Under the pieces are notes generated by a model, which was not told the origin of the DNA, did no database searches, and saw only the letters and a list, made by a program, of their open reading frames with translations. A program made the translations under genes and the position numbers. A stretch of 61,106 nucleotides of DNA, the filler included, from Sphacelaria rigidula (Eukaryota), in NCBI GenBank assembly GCA_964200075.2. It is 8 parts of 8 records of this genome, joined end to end, with 100 filler letters (N's around TTAATTAATTAA, not from the genome) between each part and the next. Parts side by side here need not be neighbours in the genome. Positions count along the whole stretch, not along the records: positions 45,907 to 53,456 come from CAXNAA020014373.1; positions 53,557 to 61,106 come from CAXNAA020014374.1; 6 more parts are not named here. One strand, written 5' to 3'. This document shows positions 50,622 through 61,106 of the stretch, piece after piece (within the stretch, counting starts at the first letter, position 1; each line of letters begins with the position of its first letter).

Positions 50622-52432
50622 ACACAGGGAAGGGCCGCAATGATCAATTGATATCAGCGAAGCTTTCAACAAGAGAGAACCAAGAGAGAACTGAACCGAA
50701 CCAGTTCATGGTACTTCGAGTTATGGCGAGAGAAAGCAGGCCCGGTCGATGCCATCTTGCGAAGGACTTGGACAGCAAGGTACGTACCTCCTCGGTGGCT
50801 CAGTGCTCTGTACCCCGCTTTACATTAGACAATGCAGTGTGGTGTCAGGGATTGAGTAGATTTCCGTGGCGGTATGTTTTATATGATGTACATGTGCATT
50901 TTTAGGGTGGTGATTCAAACACAGGAGAGGTTGGCAGATGATACTTTCAGTATTGACATACAGAGAGTACCTGGCTTTCTGCGTTCCTTTCGAAGACATC
51001 ATTGAACTCGTCCGAGAACATGAAACGCGGTCATATACCGCTGCAAGACCACGCAGCAGGCAGTAGCCAAAGCGAGCAAACTTTATAGTATCTAAATCTC
51101 GAATCACTGGCATCACTCGCAGCCCTGAATGAATCGTATGATATAGGCAGCTCAGTGCCGCAAGTGCACTCCATCCCAGAGTGGCCATCCAGCGGAATTC
51201 CCATCGCGGACTGAGATGTAAACAAACGCGGGCACTGCCAGAGGGCATCAAGCCTATACGATCTCGTGTACAATCGCTCGGGATAGCCCAGCTTGACTCT
51301 ACCCGTGCACCCGAGCCGACCTGCTTGCTTTCCGTGTCGCTGCTCAATGCCTTCTTTGTTATCAAGGAAGAGTTCACCCTTTTTTCATGTAGGAACAACA
51401 GCTGCGTCACGAGCGCACGGCTCCCGGCACACGCGCACGGTGCAATTAGACTATCCTCGAGGAAATTTCCCCATGGCTCGACTCAGGCCGTGTCTTATCG
51501 AACTGTTTTCGACTCGAAAACATGCGGTGGAATCAAGTTCGCTCGCACTTGTTACATCCACGGCGTTCATGTTCTCAACCTCCTGAGAGAATGAAGAACG
51601 TGGACGTATGATATCAAGCGAATTCGATTCCGCCGCACGTCTGAGGACCTGCGCCCGGATGGGTAGGGTAACTCGTGTGCCGAGTCGAGCTGGGAGACAT
51701 TGAAGGAGGCTTGCTCGGGGAGGAAGGCCCTGCCTAGTTGTGGACGACGGATACTTTCAAGTCCGAGACTACCTGGGGGGGAGGGGGGGGGGGCACTCCC
51801 ATCTTGGTGCCTACCCGTACACCCAACCCCTCAATGAACACTCAGTCTTACGGTTGGGTACGAAAGAGACGGCGGGTGGGGCACACTCGAATGCGCTGCA
51901 CGAAACTAGAAATAGCGAAGTGCACGGTAAAGGTTCCTGCCTGTCTTCTGGGGACGGGAAAAAAAATCTGCCGCACGTTCTCGACACGATAACAATTTGA
52001 TAAGACGCGGCCTTACGTCCAAAGGCGAAAAAACTGAAACCCACGTGGTTGTACAATTTTGAGTGAGCATCGCGTTGCACGTACCAGCTGTCCGTGTTAC
52101 TAGCGAGGTGGCCTTTGCGCTTTACTCAATTTTATTCTGACTTCTTTGGATTGGGTCGTTGGCTCAAGGAGAGAGTAGATAGCGGGCCGCGACAGAGATG
52201 CTCTTGCTCCTCAAGCAATTGGTGAACCGAGCAAACCCATGTCAACGACCAAAGTCCCGTGGAATATCTGTTTTTGCCCATGCCTAAGCTCCGGCCACCC
52301 AAATGATTATTACAGACAGTCCACAAGTTAATTGATAGATCGGGCGGTTGATTTATTGTGTCACTAGCTCATCCTCACCGAGTTAAACTGTCATCAAGAA
52401 ATGAACGTGCCCGAGTTAGGCCGCTTCTTATG

Positions 52433-53160
52433 GTCTGAAAACGGCTTCTGGGAGAACTGCCCTTTTTTATCCTTTTATCCCGGATTCTTGGCGGAATACG
52501 GACCTTAGCGGATTGGGCCTTCTCTGAGAGATTTGTTATGTTTTCCACGAGGATTCCAGCGCACTTTTCCGATTTTTCGTACGCCTAGTCTTCGACCACT
52601 ATTTCTTCTCTTTTTTCTGTTCCTATTGTTTTCTGTTCCTTGTTTTTTTTTCCTTAGAGCGTGTTTGGATTCCGTTTTTCTTGAGTACGTCTATCATGAG
52701 ACCACGGCTGGACCCCTGAGGGGTCAGTTAAAGTGTGTGTGTGTGTTGTCGTCCCGTTTATTCTGGGCGCCAGTCTACCCCTTTGGGGATATGTGGGCGC
52801 ATCAGCCGGGGTCACACAGCAGGAAGGTCAAAGTGCGACAATCAATCAATCAATCAATCTAGTTTTACTCTTGCCGGATTCTCGAATTTTCAGTCGCCCC
52901 AAAAATCTGCGAATCGTCCGGAAAGAGTACGTCTTTTTTCCGACAACTGGACGATTTTTGGGACGACTGAAAAAAATGGGGAAGCCGGCTAAAAGCAAAA
53001 TAAGGCGCACGAAAAATCGAAAAAGTGCGCCAGAATCCTCGTGGAAACCATTGCAAATCTGTCAGAGGAGAGACCAAATCCGTCAAGGTCCGTATTTTGC
53101 CAGAAATCCGCGATAAAAGGCTACAAAAGGGCAGTTCTCATAGAAGCCGTTTTCAGACTA
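52433..53160. mobile_element. MITE with about 160-bp imperfect TIRs containing a retroposon tail and a SINE fragment
   Basis: gtctgaaaacggcttct...gagaactgcccttt pairs with aaagggcagttctc...agaagccgttttcagac. Confidence 0.82.
52736..52829 (-). mobile_element. 5'-truncated SINE (3' ~95 bp) with AAAGTG target-site duplication
   Basis: AAAGTG at 52730-52735 and 52830-52835. The uninterrupted host sequence is visible at about 11661-11780. Confidence 0.85.
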
Positions 53161-53402
53161 AAAGAATCGGCCTTCGACAGCAGAGTCACAAAAAGAAAAA
53201 CCATGGAAAGTAAGCACGATGACAACAGAAAGCACCCCCATAGTATTGACGATAACCAGTGTCCGCAACTACACCACAACTCCAGTTCAGTGCCACCCCA
53301 CACCCTGCGCAATCGGTGTTTCGTCTCCCTAACTTTCCCCACACTGGTACTCGCTGCAGTACAGTACGCGCTCAGTACACTGCATATTGCTTAACCCTTC
53401 TG

Positions 53403-53456
53403 GGACTGGGCCTCCAGAACGACCAACGAGGCTGGTTAGGAATGACGTGTCCTGCA
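53403..53456 (+). repeat. Dispersed repeat, near-identical at about 60866-60919
   Basis: ggactgggcctccagaacgaccaa.gaggctggttaggaatgacgtgtcctgca. Confidence 0.9.
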
Positions 53457-53556
53457 NNNNNNNNNNNNNNNNNNNNNNNNNNNNNNNNNNNNNNNNNNNN
53501 TTAATTAATTAANNNNNNNNNNNNNNNNNNNNNNNNNNNNNNNNNNNNNNNNNNNN

Positions 53557-53740
53557 CACCGTCACTCTTGGTAACATTTCTCACCAGTCTCAACGTCATG
53601 AGACTACAGTACACCAAAGGACGCGGGGGCCTCCTGCCAAGTCTGTCCTCCTTCTTTCCAACATCACCGTCACTCTTGGTAACATTTCTCACAAGTCTAA
53701 ACGTCATGATACCACAGTGCACCGAAGGACGAGGGGGTCG
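53557..53740. repeat. 108-bp period tandem repeat at the contig start
   Basis: caccgtcactcttggtaacatttctcac starts at both 53557 and 53665. Confidence 0.85.
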
Positions 53741-54720
53741 TGGGCCCCCGCGTCCGGAGCCCTTGTATCCACATACTATCCTACACGAAAGCCTAGTGAC
53801 TACGAAGCGGGTCGAAAAGAAACATGGAGTGTGGTTCCGACCACAGTGCGGTCGAAAATCACTGATCACCAGTGTCACCCACTATACCCTTCCATGCAGT
53901 TGACGAAGATAGCGCTGTCGTGCGATTGTGACCCATCGCATGATGCTGGGACGCCCAGCGTACCGTGTATCGGTCCCATAATTTATACAGGACTCAGCAC
54001 ACTGTGCCGCTTCGGCAATATATAAAGTATAACATCACGCGCGACAGACGGGTGGCAGCGCCCTTTTTTATGCAGGCGTTGTCTCAACATAAGGAGGAAC
54101 AAATGTGACCTTTCCCCACCCCCTCCCAGAAATAATGGTCAATGGTCGAACGACTAAGGCGAGCAACCAATGAGTACGCCCGCCTCCCCTCCAGAAAGAT
54201 CGGTGCCCCGTCTCGAAAGGGATGCGTGGTCAATGGTCAAGCGACTATTGAAGGCAAGCAACGAATGGGTACGCCCCCCCAGAACGAGGTCTGTCCGTTT
54301 CAGTAGAGTTCTTCACAACATGGCTCCTTCCTTCCAGTCTTTCATTCGCAGTGGTTACTCATAGAACTCCATGTCTTGGGATTTCCCGACGCCAATGCTG
54401 AGTCTTTTATCATTGCCAAACAGCAATTTGTAACCATACGTGTGATGCAAGTGAAGGACTGGGGCGTGAGGCGATATGCGGTTTACCTATCGGCACCGGC
54501 AGCCAATATTATCGCCAAAGCTGAGTAGGACAACGAGGCTGATCGGACAAGGGACTGGAAAAAGGATCAAAGTCGGATTCGGACTTTGGAGTCGGGAAAC
54601 GCTGGTCAGGGCAGTGGGGTCGGCTATGTGGCAGCGATATAGAGGCTAGAGGGCCAGCTGACACACAGGGTAGACTGAAAACGTCTTCTCACCTTGCAAA
54701 ATTACAAACTAATTTGCAGT

Positions 54721-55068
54721 TGTGTGCGTGTGTGCTGTCGTGCCATCTATTCTGGGCGCCGGTCTACAACTTTCGGTATATGTGAGCGCACCAGCCGGGA
54801 TCACACAGGAGGAAGGTCAACACAGGAGCTTTTTCGTTTTTACTTGTTTTTAGTACCCCACCTTCTTTTTGCGGTGCTTGCCTTTATTCTTCATCGCGAG
54901 GCGAGTTCAGCAGTCTCTTTCCCTCGTAGACCTTTAAGTCGAATGTTGTGTACCCACGACATACTCGCTCTCCACTGCCGGGCATGGTGTGAGGAAACAT
55001 CCCATATCGCTCCGAGAATACCCAACCGTCAGAGGGTTTCGAGGTTACCAACTGAGCCACCGGGGCGA
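54721..55068 (-). mobile_element. tRNA-derived SINE, near full-length
   Basis: Reverse-complement match to 20823-21179, including the A box and the (CA)n tail. Confidence 0.9.
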
Positions 55069-55188
55069 AGAAGTGCAGTTGGCTGTAGGTAATTCTCGGG
55101 GAAAAATGCCTTGCAACTTGTTCTCCGTAGACAACTAACCTGTGCAACTAGTCGCCTGTAGACAACTACGTGCTAAATAAGAAACCTG

Positions 55189-56661
55189 CAAGGGTAGGTC
55201 GAGTAGAGTATACTCAATACTCAGTATTTTTGAAAAGTCATACTTTTAGTACTCAATTTTTGAGTAGAGTATTGAGGTGATACTTAAGTGATACTCTATA
55301 CTCAAGTAACACTGAGAGTGCTTACTCAATATTTGAGTAGAGTATTTGAGGCCGTACTCGACATACTTAGGATGAGCAGAGTATTGAGGTGATACTCAAG
55401 TGATACTCTATACTCAAGTATCACTGAGAATGCTTACTCAATATTTGAGTAGAGTATTTGAGGCCATACTCGACCTACTCAAAATTCGAGTAGAGTATTT
55501 GAGGCCGCACTCGACCTACTCAAATTTTGAGTAGAGTATTTGAGGCCGTACTCGGCCTACTTGAAATTTGAGTAGAGTATCGGAGGCCGTACTCGACCTA
55601 CTTGAAATTGAAGTGGAGTATCTGAGGCCGGGTCCGATGTACCAAAAACCCGTAGCCTCAACTTCAATATTCAAGTTCGTACGCAAGATACTCAAACTCG
55701 GCAAGAGGAAATACCGAGGTATTTCTAGAGTTGCCCACCCATGATGAGTGTTGATTCAAGGTCAAAATGCCTCGTCAAACCGTGGCCAGTAGAGTCGCTC
55801 ATTTTTATAATACCTAGTCGACTCCTCGACTACTCGATTACTCGATGATGATAAGTAGAGCTCTGTACTGAAAGTGATATCGAAGGCGTTAAGAGGTATC
55901 GAGTACGAACTGCTGTGGGTGGGGGCTGGTGAGATGGGGCGCTGGGGCGAGTAGGTTCGTTCACCTGCACGCTTCTTGATTTTTTTATGGCCATCATTCG
56001 CTCGTACTCCTTGTTGGCTGTGATGTATTGCCGCCCATCTAATTGATGGCCATCGTTCGCCCATGCATTCAACATAACCTGTGAACTGACGTCACGAAGT
56101 CGCCAACTTTCAGAGGTACTCCATACTCAAGCATTACTGAGACTGCTTACTCAAAATTTGAGTAGAGTATTTGAGGTCGTACTCAACCTACTCGAAATTC
56201 GAGTAGAGTATTTGAGACCATACTCGACGTACTCAAATTTTGAGTAGAGTATTGAGGTGATACTCAAGTGATACTCTATACTCGAGTATTACTGGGAGTA
56301 CTTACTTAATATTTGAGTAGAGTATTTGAGACCATACTCGACCTGCTCAAAAATCGAGTAGAGTATTGGGAGCCGTACTCAACGTACTCAAAAATTGAGT
56401 GGAGTATCTGAGACCATACTCGACGTACTCAAATTTTGAATGGAGTATTGAGGTAATACTCAAGTGATACTCTATACTCAAGTATCACTGAGAGTGCTTA
56501 CTCAATATTGGAGTAGAGTATTTGAAGTCGTACTCGACCTACTCAAAATTTGAGTAGAGTATTTGAGGCCGCACTCGACCTACTCAAACGTCGAGTAGAG
56601 TAAATACTTGAGTATTTTACTCGAGTACTGAATAGTACATACTCTACTCGACCTACCCTTG
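55189..56661. mobile_element. Non-autonomous hAT-type transposon (1473 bp) with subterminal tandem repeats
   Basis: Perfect TIR CAAGGGTAGGTCGAGTAGAGTA / TACTCTACTCGACCTACCCTTG. Perfect 8-bp TSD GAAACCTG at 55181-55188 and 56662-56669. Arrays of ~41-bp gagtagagtatttgaggccgtactcgacctactcaaa units. Confidence 0.92.
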
Positions 56662-57140
56662 GAAACCTGTGCATGTAGTTGTCTGTAGGCAACTCGCGTT
56701 CCAAACTTTCGCGCAGCTATTGCCCCAAGACAACTACGAGATACACGTGTTGAACAACCAGTTGCGTGCGAGAAAAACATTTAGCGGGAAGCTTGGGCGT
56801 GTGTATCGTACCAGACCCAACCATCGCCATTGTAATTTCTGACTGTAGGATGTTAGAATCCGGCATACGTGTATCGTACGCCTACGCCATGATTCGCATT
56901 CCATTATCAAATACTAGGTACTTTGCGTCCTTACCCGAGCCCACAACAGACAGTGCCCTGCTCGCGCCCCAGAACAATCTTGGATATTCAGAGGCATGTA
57001 CCCGATGAAATCTCGACACAATTTCGTTACTCCATCATGAAACGATACCAAAATTGACACCGAAAACGGTAACTTTGAATTTGATCTGGTCTGCGTCTTC
57101 AAAAAGAGGGTTGTTCATCGCATGGTCGGAAACTATGGTT

Positions 57141-58490
57141 CAGTGTTATTCCTTTTCAATAATATGGAGGCGGTGTTTTGGCAGCTTAGGCGTGAAGAGC
57201 ATCCGCACCCCGCGTCAGATTACGCCGAAACTTGGAGGATGTGTAAATTGGAATTAGAGGAAGGTGTCACTGTCACAACTACAGCAGGGGAAGTCGGTGA
57301 TGGCCCAGTCTGCGTTCATACGGTGGATAATCATCGGGTGAGTGATCACGTTTTTTAACACCCTCCTGTCTGATGACGATTATAGTGGGTACAGTGACAG
57401 CTGAGCACGTTGACTGTGCAATGGATCCCGCCGGCCTCGCATTAATCTTTACCCAGTTAGGGATGAACGCTCGAAGAAATCCGGCAAACAAGCATCTTTT
57501 ATGGTCCGCTATATATATGAGGGTTGGGAGGTGAACGTTTCCGCTCCAAAACGGTCGACAGTCGAAGGTCAAGCTCCTGTCGCGCGACCAGTGGGTTGCG
57601 CGACGGGCCCTTGCGGGCGTACCTGGTACTGGAGGCGACATCCCGGTACAGACAGTCCCACCACTACCGACCCGGCCGTGCAAACAGGCTGGCAGCCGGA
57701 GTGGGCGTTGCACTGGTATTCTTCAAGCCTTCTCAACTTGAATTATCTCCGCAACGGCTTTGCACGTGAATATTTCGGAGATTTCCTCACCTCCACTTCG
57801 GCCATATTTTGACGACATTGCCACGGTAGTACTGCCCAACTTTAGATGTGAAGATGTACCAAGATGGACAAGATACGTCTGCTCAGATTTTAAAAAAGTG
57901 TACTTCGCACTGTACTGAAATCTGTTGTCGAGTACAGCTGCAAGACGGTCGGGTTACGAAAATCTGGACCTGCGACGGGTGGTACATGTTGTGGTGAACT
58001 GCGGAAGACAGGTAGAAATCACTGCAGAGCATAGATATACGAAGGATGTTACGTTCTGCGGTATGCCACATCACCTTGCACGTTGCTGCTGTGTATCGAG
58101 CACGTTGTGCAGCTACAGGCGTTACTGATGCGGGTGGTGCGCATCCTCTAACGCAGACGGCCCGCAGGATATGACATGCTGTACCGACTGTATCACTTGT
58201 GTTCAGACCAGTACAGACGGGGTGGGGCCCGCATGTACATAACCCTTCACGAACTTCGCCGTGCACCACCGAGTCGGCACGTTTTTCCAGTAGAAATCGT
58301 CTGCAACCTATGCTGTTACATAACTCGCAAGCGATGCAGCTTTCTTCACGTCCGCAAACCGCCCCTCTTCCCGGAATGATCTCCAGCCTTGGTCTCAGAC
58401 AATTGAAAGCTTCGGAATATGACAGTAACTAGTGGAAGTTACTCATCTCGCCCCCTACCGCCTCCATATTATCGAAAAGGAATAACACTG
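57141..58490. mobile_element. 1350-bp TIR element (34-bp TIRs) with a decayed coding-like interior
   Basis: cagtgttattccttttcaataatatggaggcggt pairs with accgcctccatattatcgaaaaggaataacactg (1 mismatch). GGTT lies on both flanks. Confidence 0.75.
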
Positions 58491-58799
58491 GGTTGGTACT
58501 ATAAATGAGCTGCCGCCAACCTTAATCCTGACCAAGGCATGAGAGAAGACCTTCGGGAAAAGGGAGTGTGAAGTGTTCCCTGGGCTAAGTGCGTTGTTGG
58601 CGGACCTCAAAGGCTTCGACGCCGATTTGGAAAAGAACACATCATGGGCGAGCTAGAAGTACGTGGAACTGTCAGCCCCTCTCAAGTTTCAAATATCGGT
58701 GTTCAGTTTAAAATCGAGCGAAACAAACGTTGTTTCCGAGGATTTGGAGAACTCTGTTGTTCGAAAACGTGATGAAGCGAGCAGCTAAGAAAATTGAAC

Positions 58800-59745
58800 G
58801 AGACTCGACAGGATCCGGGTATGCTTGTCCAATCCACAATCACAAAATGCTAGGCAGGTACCCTTGAGACTACAAATTCATCACGAGGGAGGGGAAGGCA
58901 ACAATAATAGAGATTACTGTATTTCCGCAAAACCACATGAGACACAAGCTCAATAGAGCGTACTGGCGACGAGCGGCCCAGAAAGCGAAATCATGTGTCG
59001 AAGAATGCGAGGGAGGGACAGGGTATACAGAGAATGAGACAAAAAAAAGACCGAAGACTTTGCGCGCATATAGTTGATATTTTCAGGTCTTGTGTATCCT
59101 CTGACAGTCCACTCTGCCCAACAGAGGAGAGCGACTATGTCGTGGGTAAACAAAATTTGACTGGAAAGGTCGACGAGGAAAAGGGATCGCTGAACCCCTC
59201 TCGCGATAGAGAATAAAGGAAAGCACCGCGGAAGGAAGGTGGGATACTAAAAAAAAAAGAAATCCTGTGTTGACCTTCCTCCTGTGTAACACCGGCTGAT
59301 GCGCACACATATACTGAAAGGTGAAGACCGGCATCCAGAATCGATGGGACGACAACACACACAGTCCGGACGAGTAGTCTGTCGAAATTGGATAATTTTC
59401 ACTCCGAAAATAGCTGCAAGATCCGGATGATCTCCCTTGGAGATCAACACGTGAATTCCTCCCCCTTCTTTGGACGAACTCGCTGTCTCAAGAGAACAGC
59501 CGATCTCTCCTCTGCTACCTGCCTGACATTTTTGTGTTACAGGTTCGATCAAAACTCTTAAAAGGGGTCGGCTCTCGTCGAGCCTTGGAGTCCTCACCGT
59601 TACTCGCGTCGTGATATTTGCAGAGGAGTTCGTGTCCGGTCGGCTCCAAGATCCGACGGTTGGATACATAGTTGGTTTCAGGATACACCACCACATTCGA
59701 ATCTGTGCAGTGCACGGTTCGTAGTCCACAGCGCTCATCCCACTC
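58800..59745 (-). pseudogene. Possible decayed piggyBac-like (DDE_Tnp_1_7) transposase interrupted by a SINE
   Basis: Colinear remnants RPLLRVL, FGVKII, GY....Y..K and FPSLVMNL*SQGY in shifting frames. Judged by eye only. Confidence 0.3.
59115..59362 (+). mobile_element. 5'-truncated tRNA-derived SINE
   Basis: Body and gggacgacaacacacac tail match the family; the head is absent. Confidence 0.88.
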
Positions 59746-61106
59746 GAGTGAAGTTTGTCGAAGTTTGGAACATTTCAATATATGGTTGACAATGCACCAA
59801 ATGATATGTGAAAAAGTAGTCAAGATTTGTATCTTCACTTACGTATGGTTGACAATGTACCAATCGATTTGTGAAGAATTCATCAAGATTCGGGTCTTTA
59901 CCGGGGCTGACAGTCCCCAGTGCTGCCTGCGCACGCGTTCTTGTGCAACTTAGCACCACAAGCGTTCATTTGAGCTCTGTCAACACACCTGTTCGCCCAG
60001 AGGACTCTTTGCACCCCCCTTGACCGAGGGTTCTCGGTATGCCATGGGTTGGGCCACCATTATGTTATGAATGTGTCAACCATCAGTGGGATGACCTCGA
60101 ACTGGTACGCAGGGCGCGCAGCGCGAGCACGCGTTCGGCCCAATCGAATTGCGCCTGAAGCACCAGTTCGAGCCTAAATAAAAGCACACGTCGCCTAGAG
60201 CACGTCATTCTCAAGGACTCTTGGCACTCCTCGCGTTTAGAGTGTGGGCTATAGGTTCAGCGTTACGGTTGAACCAGCATCAATTTCAAGTGAAAAAAAA
60301 GTATGCATGGTCCAGAAAGACTAATCTCGCGGACTAAGGGTTGATCAAAACAGAGCATGTTCAACCATCGGACTTTCGGAGAAAGTCGACCTGACCCTGA
60401 ATCAAAACGCATTTGTCGGTTTCGAATCCAAAACCTTTCAAACTACTACGACCCATTGCTGCTGCTGCGACAGGTGGACCAACGAGGCGTGGCCAATATA
60501 CTCTTGATACTGCCCAAATATGGGCCCAAATACAGGAATGGTGAAACATAGTCAAGTCCAGAGAAGAGTGGCATTTTTTTCTGGACTAGACTGTTTTTTA
60601 CTGTTCCTGCAAAAAAATTGTTCTTCGGCCAAAATGAAAACNNNNNNNNNNAACGCGAAGATGTCCTGGAACCGCCTCAACTAGAAGAGCAAGTCATTCC
60701 AAGGTGGCAATTTCCGCCTAGGTCTCTTTTGGGGCGTAAAACGACCTAAAAGCTCCAAAAATACATTTTTCCGGGGTTTTACTTTTGTCTATTATAGGAA
60801 GCGGCCTTACGACCGTGCTTCATCTTGATAAGGAAAGGGTTGGGATCTTCAAATCAACCCTTTTAGGACTGGGCCTCCAGAACGACCAAGGAGGCTGGTT
60901 AGGAATGACGTGTCCTGCATATGCATGAAACACTGGCTTCATGTTGCTAAAAATCAACGAATGTATATAACGGCAGGGTTAAATGAAGACCGAAAGTTTC
61001 ATCCAATCAATTTTCAGGTACAATCTGAATGTATTATAATTCGGGTGTCGTGCGCATCAGGCAATGTACAGATGTATCAAGCAGGATCAGTCGCGATGGA
61101 GAGATC

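Noticed and set aside
55200..56640. Regular ~41-bp repeats suggesting a CRISPR array
   Set aside because: Units are adjacent and degenerate with no unique spacers, there are no cas genes, and the array is enclosed by TIRs and an 8-bp TSD in eukaryotic DNA.

Overview
Eukaryotic, intron-rich, repeat-dense DNA. It is most likely a brown alga, which is an inference from the short exons, long introns and repeat types. The window is not one locus. It is eight contigs of 7551/7550 bp joined by seven identical 100-nt N-TTAATTAATTAA-N linkers, so neighbours across gaps carry no biological meaning. Genes rebuilt from splice sites and reading phase (all partial): an SRR1-domain gene, a PPR protein with a PRORP-like PPR stretch, a low-complexity protein packed with RRxS motifs, a twin-CX9C COX23/CHCHD7-like gene, and the 5' exons of a TRM5-like tRNA m1G37 methyltransferase. 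The rest is transposable-element material. It includes a decayed Ty3/Gypsy-type LTR element with no visible RT or integrase but a chromo-like plus Tudor-like tail, a DIRS/Ngaro-like RT split by nested insertions, a Copia fragment, a clean non-autonomous hAT element with an 8-bp TSD, and a tRNA-derived SINE family (7 copies). There are also many palindromic MITEs and weak hAT, piggyBac and Harbinger transposase relics. I found no clearly novel multi-gene system. The best leads are the RT-less Gypsy element with putative chromatin-reader domains, the RRxS-array protein, a candidate poison exon in TRM5, and a TIR element with a 4-bp flanking duplication.
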